A stretch of 64,000 nucleotides of DNA. Source: a virus. The stretch's first letter is position 1; each line of letters opens with the position of its first letter. Position numbers and translations under genes: made by a program. Positions 52,740 to 62,893 of this stretch are shown one piece after another. The stretch lies in IMG/VR virus record IMGVR_UViG_3300013947_000004; one strand, 5' to 3'. Under the pieces are notes generated by a model. The model was not told where the DNA came from, searched no databases, and was given only the letters and a program-made list of their open reading frames with translations.

Positions 52740-54734
52740 TTACCATACCCCCATCCTTACACGCAAAGTATTGTTCCAATCATACACGACAATTAAATTG
52801 TCGTGTATTTCTACCCTAGCCCCAGAAGTTTTAGTTCTAAGAGTTCCTATTGTAGAAGATACAGCATCCAAAGAATTTACATTAATCTTTTCGGAGGTTA
52901 TAGCCCCGTTTTTAATAGAACTAGCTTCAATAGATTCTGCTTTTATTTTTTCGGAGGTTATAGCCTCAGATTTTATTTCGTCAGCCCCAACTGCATTTGC
53001 CGCTATCTTTCCAGCCGTTACTGCTCCACCAGTAATTTTATCGGCGGTAACAGCTCCTGTAGCCAAACTAGCAGAAGTAACAGCCCCAGCTTTAATTTTC
53101 TCTGCAGTGACGGCATTGGCATCCAATTTGTCTGTTGTAACTGCGTTAGTTGCTATCTTACCCGCTGTTACAGCATTAGCGGCTAACTTGTCGGTTTCTA
53201 TTGCCCCATCTGCTATTTTGGTTCCTACAACCTGCTTATCTCCTATATAACTAGAGACAATAACTCCTTTGTCGAAAACTGTATCCCCAGTAATATGAAC
53301 TTTATTCCCGTCAATTCGGACACCTTCTTTGGATATATTAATCTGATTAATAATATCGTCAGATTTAACTCGGAGGGCTATATCCTTTTGGTTTTGTAGA
53401 ATGGCAGAGTAGTTGGACTCCACTTTTTTGTTCGTATTGTCCACGCTAGTTACTACTGAAGTTATACTGTCACTATTTTGTTTTATTTGAGAAATGAAGG
53501 TTTGATTTTGTTTATCTTGAGAGGCTTTGTTTGACGCTACAGTAGAAGTGATATTTTCATCTGTCTTCTTTAATTCGGAAATACTTCCATTAATCGTATT
53601 AATTTTCCCAACGCTATCTTGAGCATCCTTTACAGCAGATTTAATTATAGTATCCACTTTTTCTAGAGTAATAGACTCATTTTTTAACCAAGTAGGGTCA
53701 ATCTCGGTATATACCTCAATAGAGGTTTCTTGTGTGTAAGTGCCTTCTCCAAAAATATCATAATAACAAGCTTTGACAACAAAATTTCCCATTGAGCAGT
53801 AATACGTCCAAGAGTCATCTTGTGTGTAATGTTTTTCCCCATTGATTGAGATAACAATACCGATACAATCTTCTGGGATTTTACTGTAAGTGAAAAGAAT
53901 CCCCCTAAATGTTTTTTCTGCCTTAAAGGTTTGGGGAGACGCAGGTACTGGCTTAGACCATTGTGTGTCTATTGGTATAGAATATTTACTTCCATACCCT
54001 TTATTGTAAAGATAAGCAGTACCTTCACGGGTAGGAGGGAGAACAGTTGACCGAGTATCTTGAGTTACTTCAAGTAAACCTACTTTATTACCAACATCTT
54101 GATTTGTACGAAGTTCTGAATAAGAATAATCTAAGTTGTCTGGCTGTTTCCATTTCCACAAAGCCCCGTCTCGGTTAAAGTATACTTCAAATTCAAGGGG
54201 CGGGTCAGGAACATTGTTTAACGAACTTACCACATAAGTAAGGACTGGGGCATTGTCTTTCTTAGAAAGGCTTCCCATATTGTTCTTTCCCACAAAGGTT
54301 ATTTGATATACATACCCAGCATTAATCCCATCTACCGTATACGTGTTTGTCTTAGTAGTTCGGATAGTACGAGAAACATCTACAGAAGACCAATTAATGG
54401 CAGTAGATATATCCCCCTTATGTTCTTTAATATATATCTCTGCCGACTCGTAATTTTTTATATCAGAAGAATCCCAAGTGAGAACAAGGGAGATAGCTGT
54501 CCCCACACGGACTTCCTTGATTTTGCAATTCTTTAACTGCTCATCTATGGTTTCTGGCGTATCCGTTACATAGTTTGAGAGTTTACTAATCTCTTCAAAT
54601 TTGCTATTGAGTTCTGTGGTTAAATCACCCAGCAATTCCTTCAATAAGAAGATAAAGTTCTGCCCGTTCCCATTCATGGCATTAGGGAGCTTTTTCCAAG
54701 CTGTTTCTAATTTTTCTGATATAGAGTTTGCCAT
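52740..54734 (-). CDS. Tail fibre / host-specificity protein.
   Basis: Run of ~11-residue repeats (ANAVTAGKIAT, NAVTTDKLDA, ...). C-terminus TLRTKTSGARVEIHDN...LRVRMGVW. Confidence 0.6.
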   Translation of the reverse strand: MANSISEKLETAWKKLPNAMNGNGQNFIFLLKELLGDLTTELNSKFEEISKLSNYVTDTPETIDEQLKNCKIKEVRVGTAISLVLTWDSSDIKNYESAEIYIKEHKGDISTAINWSSVDVSRTIRTTKTNTYTVDGINAGYVYQITFVGKNNMGSLSKKDNAPVLTYVVSSLNNVPDPPLEFEVYFNRDGALWKWKQPDNLDYSYSELRTNQDVGNKVGLLEVTQDTRSTVLPPTREGTAYLYNKGYGSKYSIPIDTQWSKPVPASPQTFKAEKTFRGILFTYSKIPEDCIGIVISINGEKHYTQDDSWTYYCSMGNFVVKACYYDIFGEGTYTQETSIEVYTEIDPTWLKNESITLEKVDTIIKSAVKDAQDSVGKINTINGSISELKKTDENITSTVASNKASQDKQNQTFISQIKQNSDSITSVVTSVDNTNKKVESNYSAILQNQKDIALRVKSDDIINQINISKEGVRIDGNKVHITGDTVFDKGVIVSSYIGDKQVVGTKIADGAIETDKLAANAVTAGKIATNAVTTDKLDANAVTAEKIKAGAVTSASLATGAVTADKITGGAVTAGKIAANAVGADEIKSEAITSEKIKAESIEASSIKNGAITSEKINVNSLDAVSSTIGTLRTKTSGARVEIHDNLIVVYDWNNTLRVRMGVW

Positions 54735-54735
54735 T

Positions 54736-55209
54736 CTACCCTCCTATCATACCAGCAATAGACTGGGCAAAGTCTGATTCTGTCTGCATGTCAAAACCAT
54801 GGTTACTCATTGCAAGAACAATCATAATCTGTACCGCCAAATCAAGAAGACCCCAGTTCTGCAAAGGAATTTCGCTTCCCTCATTTTCTATAAGTGGAGG
54901 TTTTTTATAATAACGTACTGTCTGTGGTAGAGTACCATAGCATTCAATTTTGCCTTCTCTAGGGATAATGGGAGCCATATTAGACACTTTATACCAATCG
55001 TCGGGCATAGCAGTGCTCTTTTCTGTCAAAGTTAAATCTCCAATTACCTCGAAGTACTTTTTATTGATAAGAACGTGCCAGATGAAGTTTACAGCGTCAT
55101 TCAAATAAGCAATTAACTCGTTAGTATTGTACCCTGTTTCTAAACTATCACTAAGCCTGTCCTGTACTGCCCCTTGATTTAGAAGTTCCTTGACCTTCAT
55201 TATCTGCAC
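54736..55209 (-). CDS. Head-tail adaptor-like protein (paralogue 3).
   Basis: Shares NELIAYLNDAV...MPDDW with its two upstream neighbours. Confidence 0.45.
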   Translation of the reverse strand: MQIMKVKELLNQGAVQDRLSDSLETGYNTNELIAYLNDAVNFIWHVLINKKYFEVIGDLTLTEKSTAMPDDWYKVSNMAPIIPREGKIECYGTLPQTVRYYKKPPLIENEGSEIPLQNWGLLDLAVQIMIVLAMSNHGFDMQTESDFAQSIAGMIGG

Positions 55210-55630
55210 CCCCTTTTACCTGTTGTACGCAGAGTTTCATTAATCTCTGTTGCTGGTTTAATGTTCTAAAAGGAATTATCTGAGTAAGGGTAGTAAAATG
55301 GGGTTTTGATGCAAAGTACTTGAGAGTAGGAGTATCACCATCCCAGCTTGGCCCCATCATTGTTACGTTCGTTTGGTTGTCGGCATCTGTTACATAATTC
55401 AAAGGGTACTGCCCCTGCCAAGAAATGAAATCGTCTGGCAATTTAAAGGTGCCGTCTTCGTTTACTTTTAATTCTTTTAAAATCTCTGGCGATAATTGGT
55501 CAGCCAACTCTATACATAGCTCATCCATTGCATTATTAAGACAATACAAAAGCTCAGCGTCGCTAAATGTGAGCTTGTTCATATCATTAAGCCGCTGTCG
55601 TACAAGGACGAGAATATCGTTCACGGTCAT
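55151..55630 (-). CDS. Head-tail adaptor-like protein (paralogue 2).
   Basis: SDAELLYCLNNAM...KLPDDF. Confidence 0.45.
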   Translation of the reverse strand: MTVNDILVLVRQRLNDMNKLTFSDAELLYCLNNAMDELCIELADQLSPEILKELKVNEDGTFKLPDDFISWQGQYPLNYVTDADNQTNVTMMGPSWDGDTPTLKYFASKPHFTTLTQIIPFRTLNQQQRLMKLCVQQVKGGADNEGQGTSKSRGSTGQA

Positions 55631-55642
55631 TTATTTTCCCTC

Positions 55643-56176
55643 CTACACATAAAATTGCATGGGACGTTCAATAACAGGATAATTGGCTGAATTGCTAAGG
55701 GAATTTACCTCATCTGAGATGAGAGAAGAAAGACTGCTTTTCCCAAATGTTCCGTCCAATAAACCTGTTGCAAAGTTAATAAATAATTCAAGGAAGATAC
55801 TAGGCAAATCTATTTCATCTTCCATCGTTTCTACTTCTGGGACTACATAGAAATAATCCATGGTTCCCGATTCGTCTATATAAATAGTATCTTTTACAAT
55901 CCGATACTCACCGTCATAGCTCTGTAGTTCGCCATCTTTGGTTACAAAAATGCTTTTCATCTTGGCAAAATCTTCTGGTAAAGTCGCCTTGCCATTCCGA
56001 GTTTTTATTTTCTGTTCCTTGACAATCCAGTTGCTATCACGGTTAATTAAAATCATATTAAGTACCCGTAATACCGTATTAATAGCTTCTATAAGTTCTG
56101 GGTCGCTATGTTTGCGGGCATACATTTCTTCTAAGTTGAATAGTATAGCTCTTGCTACGTCGCTGACTTCTATCAT
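55643..56176 (-). CDS. Head-tail adaptor-like protein (paralogue 1).
   Basis: SDPELIEAINTVL...TLPEDF. Confidence 0.45.
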   Translation of the reverse strand: MIEVSDVARAILFNLEEMYARKHSDPELIEAINTVLRVLNMILINRDSNWIVKEQKIKTRNGKATLPEDFAKMKSIFVTKDGELQSYDGEYRIVKDTIYIDESGTMDYFYVVPEVETMEDEIDLPSIFLELFINFATGLLDGTFGKSSLSSLISDEVNSLSNSANYPVIERPMQFYV

Positions 56177-56496
56177 TAGTTCACCCCGCTACGGGAACCC
56201 GGATTGCATGTCCGGTACTCTGGGTGTTTCCAAAGCCATCTATCTAATACATTTTTAGCTTCTATATCATCCACGCCACGCAACTGCATATAGCGTTTAA
56301 GTTCAATGTCAGTATAGAATAAAGGTTTGGGGATAGAAGCAATTCGTTTACCTTTCTTCCCATCAATCCAACCTTCTTTACCAGACATTCTTGATTCGTA
56401 ACATTCACGAAGAACAGCCCCCTCATCCCAACTATGTTTTATTCTGAAGGCGTGGGTCTTTTTATCAATTTCCACGTCACTGTGAATCAATGCCAT
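56176..56496 (-). CDS. Hypothetical protein.
   Basis: ORF track. Confidence 0.5.
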   Translation of the reverse strand: MALIHSDVEIDKKTHAFRIKHSWDEGAVLRECYESRMSGKEGWIDGKKGKRIASIPKPLFYTDIELKRYMQLRGVDDIEAKNVLDRWLWKHPEYRTCNPGSRSGVN

Positions 56497-56533
56497 TTAA
56501 TCACCCCTTACGCAAAACCTACAGTTTGTTTTT

Positions 56534-56565
56534 ATACAAAAATAAGGGGCTTCCGAAGAAGCCCC
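56534..56565 (-). terminator. Terminator or attenuator after the capsid gene.
   Basis: Minus strand: GGGGCTTC-TTCG-GAAGCCCC followed by TTATTTTTG. Confidence 0.75.
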
Positions 56566-56571
56566 ACTAAA

Positions 56572-58543
56572 CTATTTAGAAATGCCTTTGATACGTGCAG
56601 AAGCAATCGGGGCTGTACATTCCAATGTAACAGAACCAGTAATTACTTTCTGACGATAAGTACCAGTACGAGGCGGATTTTCCGTGTGGAACGGAATAAG
56701 GTAGCCTAATTTCCAATACTGGAACTCAATCAAATCGACAACATCGTCAGTATACATACGATGTGCGTTTACGTCAACTCTGCCAAAATCGGTTTCTATC
56801 CATTACCTTTGGCTATACCCCATATTACTATGGGAACTGACTATCCCTTAACCTAGGCAACATTCGGAGCTTTTAACATTTCCTCTAAGGGCATAGCTCT
56901 TTTATGTTTTCTTACGGACGCTATTTCCACAATCAACTCTTTGGGGTACTTATTCCTAACAATTCTCCCCTTACTATCTCTTGTAAATAAGTTTTCTTCT
57001 CTTTCTTTTATAAAGTTGAGAACAACTTCTGCATTATGCTGTTTTACAGAATTGAGATAAGGGTAAACCATAGGAATAACACCTTTTACTCTCGCAAATC
57101 TATCTATTCTGATATTACATCTTTTTAGATGCTCTGGGTGGTTTTTATCTATTACCCAACTTGCTTTATATCCAACCCCAATATCATCAAGGACTTGCAT
57201 TACTTTGTTTATTACTCCTTCGTCTGTATTTGTAATACTAACAAAAGGAACAATTACAAGGTTTCCTGTCTTACGAGTTGTTACTTGGAAGGATATGCTC
57301 CCTTCCCCATCCATAATTCCACCTAACCAAGCCAAATCTATCGGGTCTGGTTTGTGGAAGTCTAGGTTGTCTGCATTATAATATTTATAATCTATTGATA
57401 CGTTTTTTGCTTTCAAATATTATACAACTCCTTCGTTATTTAGAAATATCCAAACATAGAAGTAATGTTAGTCGATAGCGAGCTGTTGGCTCACGCCACA
57501 TACCCGACGGGATTACCCTTAGCATTACCTGTAGGGCTTCCCCGTTTGAGCAGACTTAATTTATCCGTCTATCACTAGGCGGCGACGCAATAGAACCAGT
57601 TTACGTCAATGACTTCGACAAGGTCTTTACTTTCCATCGGACGAGTTTTCTGTACACCCTGCGTCCATCCGGAGATTTTACGTTTGTTCTTCCCGGAGCA
57701 AACAACGGTATCAATACTGCCACCACGTTTCCAAACTGTCTGCATTGCATCATTCAGAAGGTCAAATGTGAGTTCACCTTTTGTAGATGCTGTTGCGGCA
57801 TCAATCAAGTTCTGGTTAGTCAAAACCATTTTAGAAGCGGCAACTGCGGCAGACGGTTTAATAGCAGTTTCAGAAGTATTAGACATCATAGTCTCCTGCG
57901 GTGTGCTATGTACGGTAAAAGAGTTTGCGTCAATTACATGAACATAATATGTGGTATTTGCTTTATAATTGGAATCCAATACACCACCAGATGCCGCCGC
58001 AAAGATAACAGGGTCACCGTCAAATAATTCATGACCAGTTACGGTTACTTTACCATCTGTGTCAATGCTAACTACTGGTTTTGTAGCTTCCAAGAAGTAC
58101 GCAATACCGCCAAAACGTGCAGGCTGTGTATCTTCAGCCTTAGCTACTTTGTTGTTTACGATAGCGTATTCCAAGTCACGGGCAGTTTCTTTGCCGCACT
58201 TAACAAACTGGTAGGACAGTTCATCTCGTACACCATATTTCTTAACTGCCTGTGTGGTATCGGTCGTACTATAACCGTTGAGGAACTGTTGACAGTAGTT
58301 AGCAGAGCGTGTACGGGGACGTGCTTTCTGTACATCGAAATCAACAGCTTCAAGTGTAGCGTTGTCACGTGCAGGACGAAGGTTATCGTTCAACCATTCG
58401 TGTTTAGTGGATGTTACGGAAGTATTTCCGAATCGTTTAGAGTAGAACGTTTCGTCCGGGTCAAGAGCAGTGATGAAGTCACTAACATCTTCGATTTTCC
58501 CTACAATAGTCCCGGATTTCACGGTTTTATCAATAATTGCCAA
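56572..58543 (-). CDS. Major capsid protein (SU10/DUF5309-like); join(57603..58543, 56572..56800) gives 389 aa.
   Basis: N-terminal FITALDPDETF...TKHEWLNDNL. The spliced junction reads ...LVEVIDV|IETDFGRVDVNAHRMY. The unspliced frame ends in the odd tail NWFYCVAA. Confidence 0.75.
56801..57602 (-). mobile_element. Group I intron (802 nt) in the capsid gene.
   Basis: P1: exon GACGU pairs with GCGUC (57588-57584), with U.G. P10: UUCUAU (57595-57590) pairs with exon-2 AUAGAA. Last nucleotide is G (56801). Core-like UCGACUAACA (57475-57466) and GGGAUAGUC (56847-56839). Confidence 0.75.
56853..57416 (-). CDS. LAGLIDADG homing endonuclease (single clear motif) encoded within the intron.
   Basis: DLAWLGGIMDGEGSISF. 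TTG start with an AAGGAG RBS. Confidence 0.7.
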   Translation of the reverse strand: MKAKNVSIDYKYYNADNLDFHKPDPIDLAWLGGIMDGEGSISFQVTTRKTGNLVIVPFVSITNTDEGVINKVMQVLDDIGVGYKASWVIDKNHPEHLKRCNIRIDRFARVKGVIPMVYPYLNSVKQHNAEVVLNFIKEREENLFTRDSKGRIVRNKYPKELIVEIASVRKHKRAMPLEEMLKAPNVA

Positions 58544-58558
58544 ATATATTCCTCCTCA

Positions 58559-59626
58559 TTAACCAAGCCCTAATTTTGTAGCAACTTGTGCCTGTTGGGC
58601 AAGGGTCATTTTACCTAATTTTGTATAATCTAAATTTTTCTGTGTTGGTTTTTGTGGTTCTTTCGTTGCTCCTGTATTTTCAACAAAAGGCGGTTTTACA
58701 TTCGGTACTGGTTTTGCAGGACTTGCCATCGGCTGATTCTGTTGAACTGCACGTTCACTAGCCGGGATATATCCTCTATTCCGATAATATTCATCACGTA
58801 CCGCCGCCATGTATGCATCAATTACACGAGCATCGTTTTCACGGAGGGCTTTCTGAATCTTAACCGCCGCTCCATAAGGAAGCTGATTTAACCGCTGTGC
58901 GGCGTAAGTATCAATTTCCTTGATATTTGGGTCTTGGGCATATTTGCTATATACCTGCTGAAGTTCCTGCTGTTTTGCGTTCCGTTCATACATCTGGGCT
59001 TTGATAGTGGAAATTTCATCCGCTAAAGCCGCCTGATGAACTGGGTTGTATTCGTCGAAATCTTCTCCCAAATTGCGTTGTACCTGATTAATTGCATAAT
59101 CAGATAAGGTCTTGTAGTATGCTTTCGGGTCTACTTGAGGCTGTACTGGTTTCTGTTGCTGTGCAGGTTGTCCCTGTTGGGGATTCTGTTGTTGATTATA
59201 CTTCTGTTCCAAAGCTCTGCGTTCATTAGCGAGAGCTTGAGTTTTTTTCGTATAATCAGCTTGCATCATATAACCACGCTGAAGTTCTTCAAGTGTGACC
59301 TGTCTGTCCACACCATCAACCTTGACAGTAAATGTCTGAGGTTTCGGAGGTTCCGGAGGTTGTTCCGCTGGCTGTTCTGGCTCATCAGAATCCTGTTCCC
59401 CGCCATCTGCATCGTCAAACATTTTTGGGTCGAATTTTACATCTCCCGTGTCTGGGTCGATTGACCAATCGTAATTACCGTCGTTCTGCTGATTAGAGCT
59501 ATCGGCGGTATCCACTGAGGGGTTCTGAGTACCAGATTGTCCCTGTGTGTCTATATTTCCATCAGAAGGCTGTTCACCGTCTGCGAAAAGCTGAATATTC
59601 ATTTTTAATTCTTTTGTTTCTTCCAT
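58559..59626 (-). CDS. Scaffolding protein.
   Basis: Located between portal and capsid. N-terminal MNIQLFA motif; acidic and Q-rich helical sequence. Confidence 0.55.
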   Translation of the reverse strand: MEETKELKMNIQLFADGEQPSDGNIDTQGQSGTQNPSVDTADSSNQQNDGNYDWSIDPDTGDVKFDPKMFDDADGGEQDSDEPEQPAEQPPEPPKPQTFTVKVDGVDRQVTLEELQRGYMMQADYTKKTQALANERRALEQKYNQQQNPQQGQPAQQQKPVQPQVDPKAYYKTLSDYAINQVQRNLGEDFDEYNPVHQAALADEISTIKAQMYERNAKQQELQQVYSKYAQDPNIKEIDTYAAQRLNQLPYGAAVKIQKALRENDARVIDAYMAAVRDEYYRNRGYIPASERAVQQNQPMASPAKPVPNVKPPFVENTGATKEPQKPTQKNLDYTKLGKMTLAQQAQVATKLGLG

Positions 59627-59685
59627 TTGTTTCTCCTTTCACTCCCGTTAATCGGGTTGGTGAGTAAATTATAGGATTTCTTTAT

Positions 59686-60606
59686 TTAGTCCCCCCATAA
59701 CCAAGCAAAGAGTTTTGGAGGCGTACCATCCCCTACAGGACTCGGATATGTTCCTGTACGGTAGTAATAATCTTTGGAGTACTGGTCATCCAAAGCCGCT
59801 GATTCTTCTGGGGTAGCCTCCCGAATAGTTGGGGTGTCGTCACTATAATCAGAAGAATAACTGTCTCCCGATGAGTAATCGCCGTAATCACTATAGCCAG
59901 AATCGTAATATCCACTATCCCCGTCGGAGTAATCACCACCGGAATAATAGCTATTGTCATAACCACCGCCGGAGCTAGCCTGCTGTGCCGCAAGTGCCGC
60001 CTGTCGACGGGCTTCTGCTTCCATACGTGCTTTTTCTGCCAAATATGCAGTCCAATCACGGGATGCTTGGTTCGGTTGGATAGCCCCAGCATTAACTAAA
60101 GCATTATATGCCTGGTAATTAAACCGCCGTTTCATATACTGGTTAATCATGTCATCCGACCAGTCTGGATGTAACTGTTTCAGTTTATCCACATTCCATT
60201 CCTGTGCCTGTACAACGTCAGAGGGGTTCATCAAAGTGGAACCATCCCCTAAATTAGCTGTCTGAGCTTGGAAGGCAGGGGAGTCCATTTTAGTATTGTT
60301 GGGAACATACTGCGGCAAACTTGGCTGTAAACTATTCAATTTATCAAGCAATTCTTGCCGACGTACGTTAAATCCATTAAATCCAGCCGCTTTATCCATC
60401 GCCTGTGCTTGGGCTAATTTCTGATTAACGGCGGCACCTACTGGACTATTCAAAATATTCTGTTTCTGTCCCTGCCCCGTAGCTATCTGCTGTGGAGTAG
60501 TAGACATCGGTGGAGCATTAACAGCCGCTAGATACTGTGAGTAATTAGCTTGTGGCTGATTAATCTGTTGGTCTTCTTTGTAAGAAATTCTGTTCTGTTT
60601 TGCCAT
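59686..60606 (-). CDS. Low-complexity Q/N-rich head protein with a Y/S/D/G-rich tail.
   Basis: SSGGGYDNSYYSGGDYSDGDSGYYDSGYSDYGDYSSGDSYSSDYSDD. Confidence 0.5.
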   Translation of the reverse strand: MAKQNRISYKEDQQINQPQANYSQYLAAVNAPPMSTTPQQIATGQGQKQNILNSPVGAAVNQKLAQAQAMDKAAGFNGFNVRRQELLDKLNSLQPSLPQYVPNNTKMDSPAFQAQTANLGDGSTLMNPSDVVQAQEWNVDKLKQLHPDWSDDMINQYMKRRFNYQAYNALVNAGAIQPNQASRDWTAYLAEKARMEAEARRQAALAAQQASSGGGYDNSYYSGGDYSDGDSGYYDSGYSDYGDYSSGDSYSSDYSDDTPTIREATPEESAALDDQYSKDYYYRTGTYPSPVGDGTPPKLFAWLWGD

Positions 60607-60625
60607 TAAATTTTATGATTCCCCC

Positions 60626-60922
60626 TTATAAAGTATAACTATTAGCTGGTTCTTTATTATCGGAAAGAGCTTCAAATTCATTTTTTGCAATTTCAGCATT
60701 TGTTACTTTGGCTTCAAGCCAGCTTTTAAAATCCTCCAATGCCACCAGCTTGTTGCGAAGGCCCATTACCTCGCGGTCTTGGCACGTTTTGAGGTGTTCG
60801 ATTGTCAGTTCTTGATAATCCTCCAACCATTTGGCTGTTAGGGTCTTGACTAGCTCCGCTTTGTCCCCCAATTCCATTGCCGAGCATAGAGCCTGTCTGT
60901 ACTCCAATTCCGTTTTGTCCAT
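60626..60922 (-). CDS. Coiled-coil protein whose gene starts inside the portal ORF.
   Basis: Strong RBS GGGGAGGAGG 8 nt before the ATG at 60922. Confidence 0.5.
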   Translation of the reverse strand: MDKTELEYRQALCSAMELGDKAELVKTLTAKWLEDYQELTIEHLKTCQDREVMGLRNKLVALEDFKSWLEAKVTNAEIAKNEFEALSDNKEPANSYTL

Positions 60923-62882
60923 TATTTGAACCTCCTCCCCACATAGTTCTTGTTGCTGTAGAGCTATTGAACAGAGCTTGTAACTCAGGCGGCAACTGCA
61001 TCATAATTTCTGGAGGGAGAACCCCAGTTTGCATGTATAACTGTGCCGCTTGCGGCGGTAACGAAGCCAAAACCTGCATTTTTAGTTGTTCTTCCATAAC
61101 CATCCTCTGCTGAACAAGAGCAGGGTCTGTAATATAATCCGCATAATTCTTAAAGCCAGCGGCTTCAATCCATTTCTTAAAGAGATTGTATACATTGTCA
61201 GGCGTTACAATTGGGATACCTGCCGCCCGCACTTGCATCAAAGCTGTAAGCATGGACTGTAGCATCATCTGAGTGGACTCTTTGGAGGCGATACTGATTC
61301 CAGCATTGACAACCAAATCGAAATTCCCCTGTAAATCATCTGGGCTGATGGCTAATTCTTGGTTGGTCAAGCGGATAACCGTTTCTTGGTCTATGAATTT
61401 TTGGTTTAACCCAATCATAAAACGGAACAGTTCATACACGCCAGTTTCAGCAAACATTCTCGCAATCAACTCAAGTCTTTGGGTAGACGCACCCATTATC
61501 TGAGAAATACCTGTAGCCGTTTTATTGAGCGTGTTCGCATCTAGACCTTGGTTATACCGAGTAATACCGGTCCGGTTTTCTTTTTGTGCTTCTATGTATT
61601 CAAGGAATTGATATGTATATGGGCTTAACTGGTTTACAGGCATTGACATAGCAACGTCCTGCATAGCGTGGTTGGCTTTTTTCCGAATAACAGCTCTGCC
61701 TTTGACATAATCGTCGATATTGATAGCATCTTCTGCCAAAATCATCTTTGGGTCATTGGTAAGGGCGATATTCTGTACAATCTGCCGAGTTAATGCAACT
61801 TTTAAATCCTGTAATTCCCCAATTAACTCTGCATAAGAGCGTTTTACCCAAATTCTATGCGGGTCTTTTGTAGGGCTGATAGAGAAAAACGGATGTCTGC
61901 CCATATAATTGGGTTCCACCCGTAAAATAGTGTCATCAACAATGGTTACTATCATATCTTCAAGCACACCATCGTTATCCCAGTCTATTTTTGTATAACA
62001 TTCGTATAAGGTAACTTCCGCCCGCGCATCATCGGCTTCTTGACTCATTCCTTGGTAGTTATCACCAATAACCTGTTCGACGATATCATCATCTAAGATG
62101 CCAGTCATCGGCTTTGGCGTGATTTGGTCTACGTTTGCGTAAATGCCTTGCTGTTCCTTCTCCCGCAAATATGACATTGTCACCTTTTTCTTATGGGCTA
62201 CAAAGTTTGCTTCATCAAGAGTCTTCGCATCGGAAGAATAAAGCAATTCCGATACTAGAATATTCTCAATAACGGGAGCGTTCTTCACGTAATATGGGCT
62301 TAAATACTGTACCCTCATAATACCAAACTCATCAGGACCTTCGACGCTCTGGATTTTAACATTCTGTTGCTGTAATTCTTGGAAAGCTCTCATGTTCATA
62401 GACTGTTCCAAGAGCTGGCAATCTTCTTTTCTGTCCCAGTAGCATTTAATAATGCCCATCCCAGTTATCAGGGCATCTTTCATCCAGTTATATAAGATAG
62501 GGAAGAAACGATTCTGCCGTTGTAACTGATAAACGAGCAATTCCTGCATGATTTCGGCATTTTTATCGTCTTCTTCTGATGCCCCCTGTACGGTAACAAC
62601 TTCGTCACCGCCAGTAAAGACTTTAATCAGAGAAGGTAACGCCCATTCAATCGTATCTGTAACGTCTGTAGATACCAAAGACGAAACCTTGGACAGGCGA
62701 GGAAATTTGCGGGCGTAGTAATCCTTGTCGGCGTAGTAAATTTCGTAACGTTCTTTTACTGTTGGAAGGATTACAGAATCTTGGTAATTTTCAGCATCAG
62801 AAATATCTCTCTGAATAGCAGTTACTAAGCTTTTGTCAATATCATCTATTGACGGATTTTCTTTATTCTGAAGAAAACTCAC
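60726..62882 (-). CDS. Portal protein.
   Basis: 718 aa. Assigned from its position between terL and the scaffold/capsid genes. G/N/Q-rich C-terminal tail. Confidence 0.6.
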   Translation of the reverse strand: MSFLQNKENPSIDDIDKSLVTAIQRDISDAENYQDSVILPTVKERYEIYYADKDYYARKFPRLSKVSSLVSTDVTDTIEWALPSLIKVFTGGDEVVTVQGASEEDDKNAEIMQELLVYQLQRQNRFFPILYNWMKDALITGMGIIKCYWDRKEDCQLLEQSMNMRAFQELQQQNVKIQSVEGPDEFGIMRVQYLSPYYVKNAPVIENILVSELLYSSDAKTLDEANFVAHKKKVTMSYLREKEQQGIYANVDQITPKPMTGILDDDIVEQVIGDNYQGMSQEADDARAEVTLYECYTKIDWDNDGVLEDMIVTIVDDTILRVEPNYMGRHPFFSISPTKDPHRIWVKRSYAELIGELQDLKVALTRQIVQNIALTNDPKMILAEDAINIDDYVKGRAVIRKKANHAMQDVAMSMPVNQLSPYTYQFLEYIEAQKENRTGITRYNQGLDANTLNKTATGISQIMGASTQRLELIARMFAETGVYELFRFMIGLNQKFIDQETVIRLTNQELAISPDDLQGNFDLVVNAGISIASKESTQMMLQSMLTALMQVRAAGIPIVTPDNVYNLFKKWIEAAGFKNYADYITDPALVQQRMVMEEQLKMQVLASLPPQAAQLYMQTGVLPPEIMMQLPPELQALFNSSTATRTMWGGGSNNGQNGIGVQTGSMLGNGIGGQSGASQDPNSQMVGGLSRTDNRTPQNVPRPRGNGPSQQAGGIGGF

Positions 62883-62893
62883 TAAATCCCCCC

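Noticed and set aside
57575-57602. ...NWFYCVAA as the true capsid C-terminus, with 56572-56757 as a separate small gene.
   Set aside because: The group I intron signals and the in-frame restoration of a capsid-like ...IDVIETDFGRVDV... junction explain both better.
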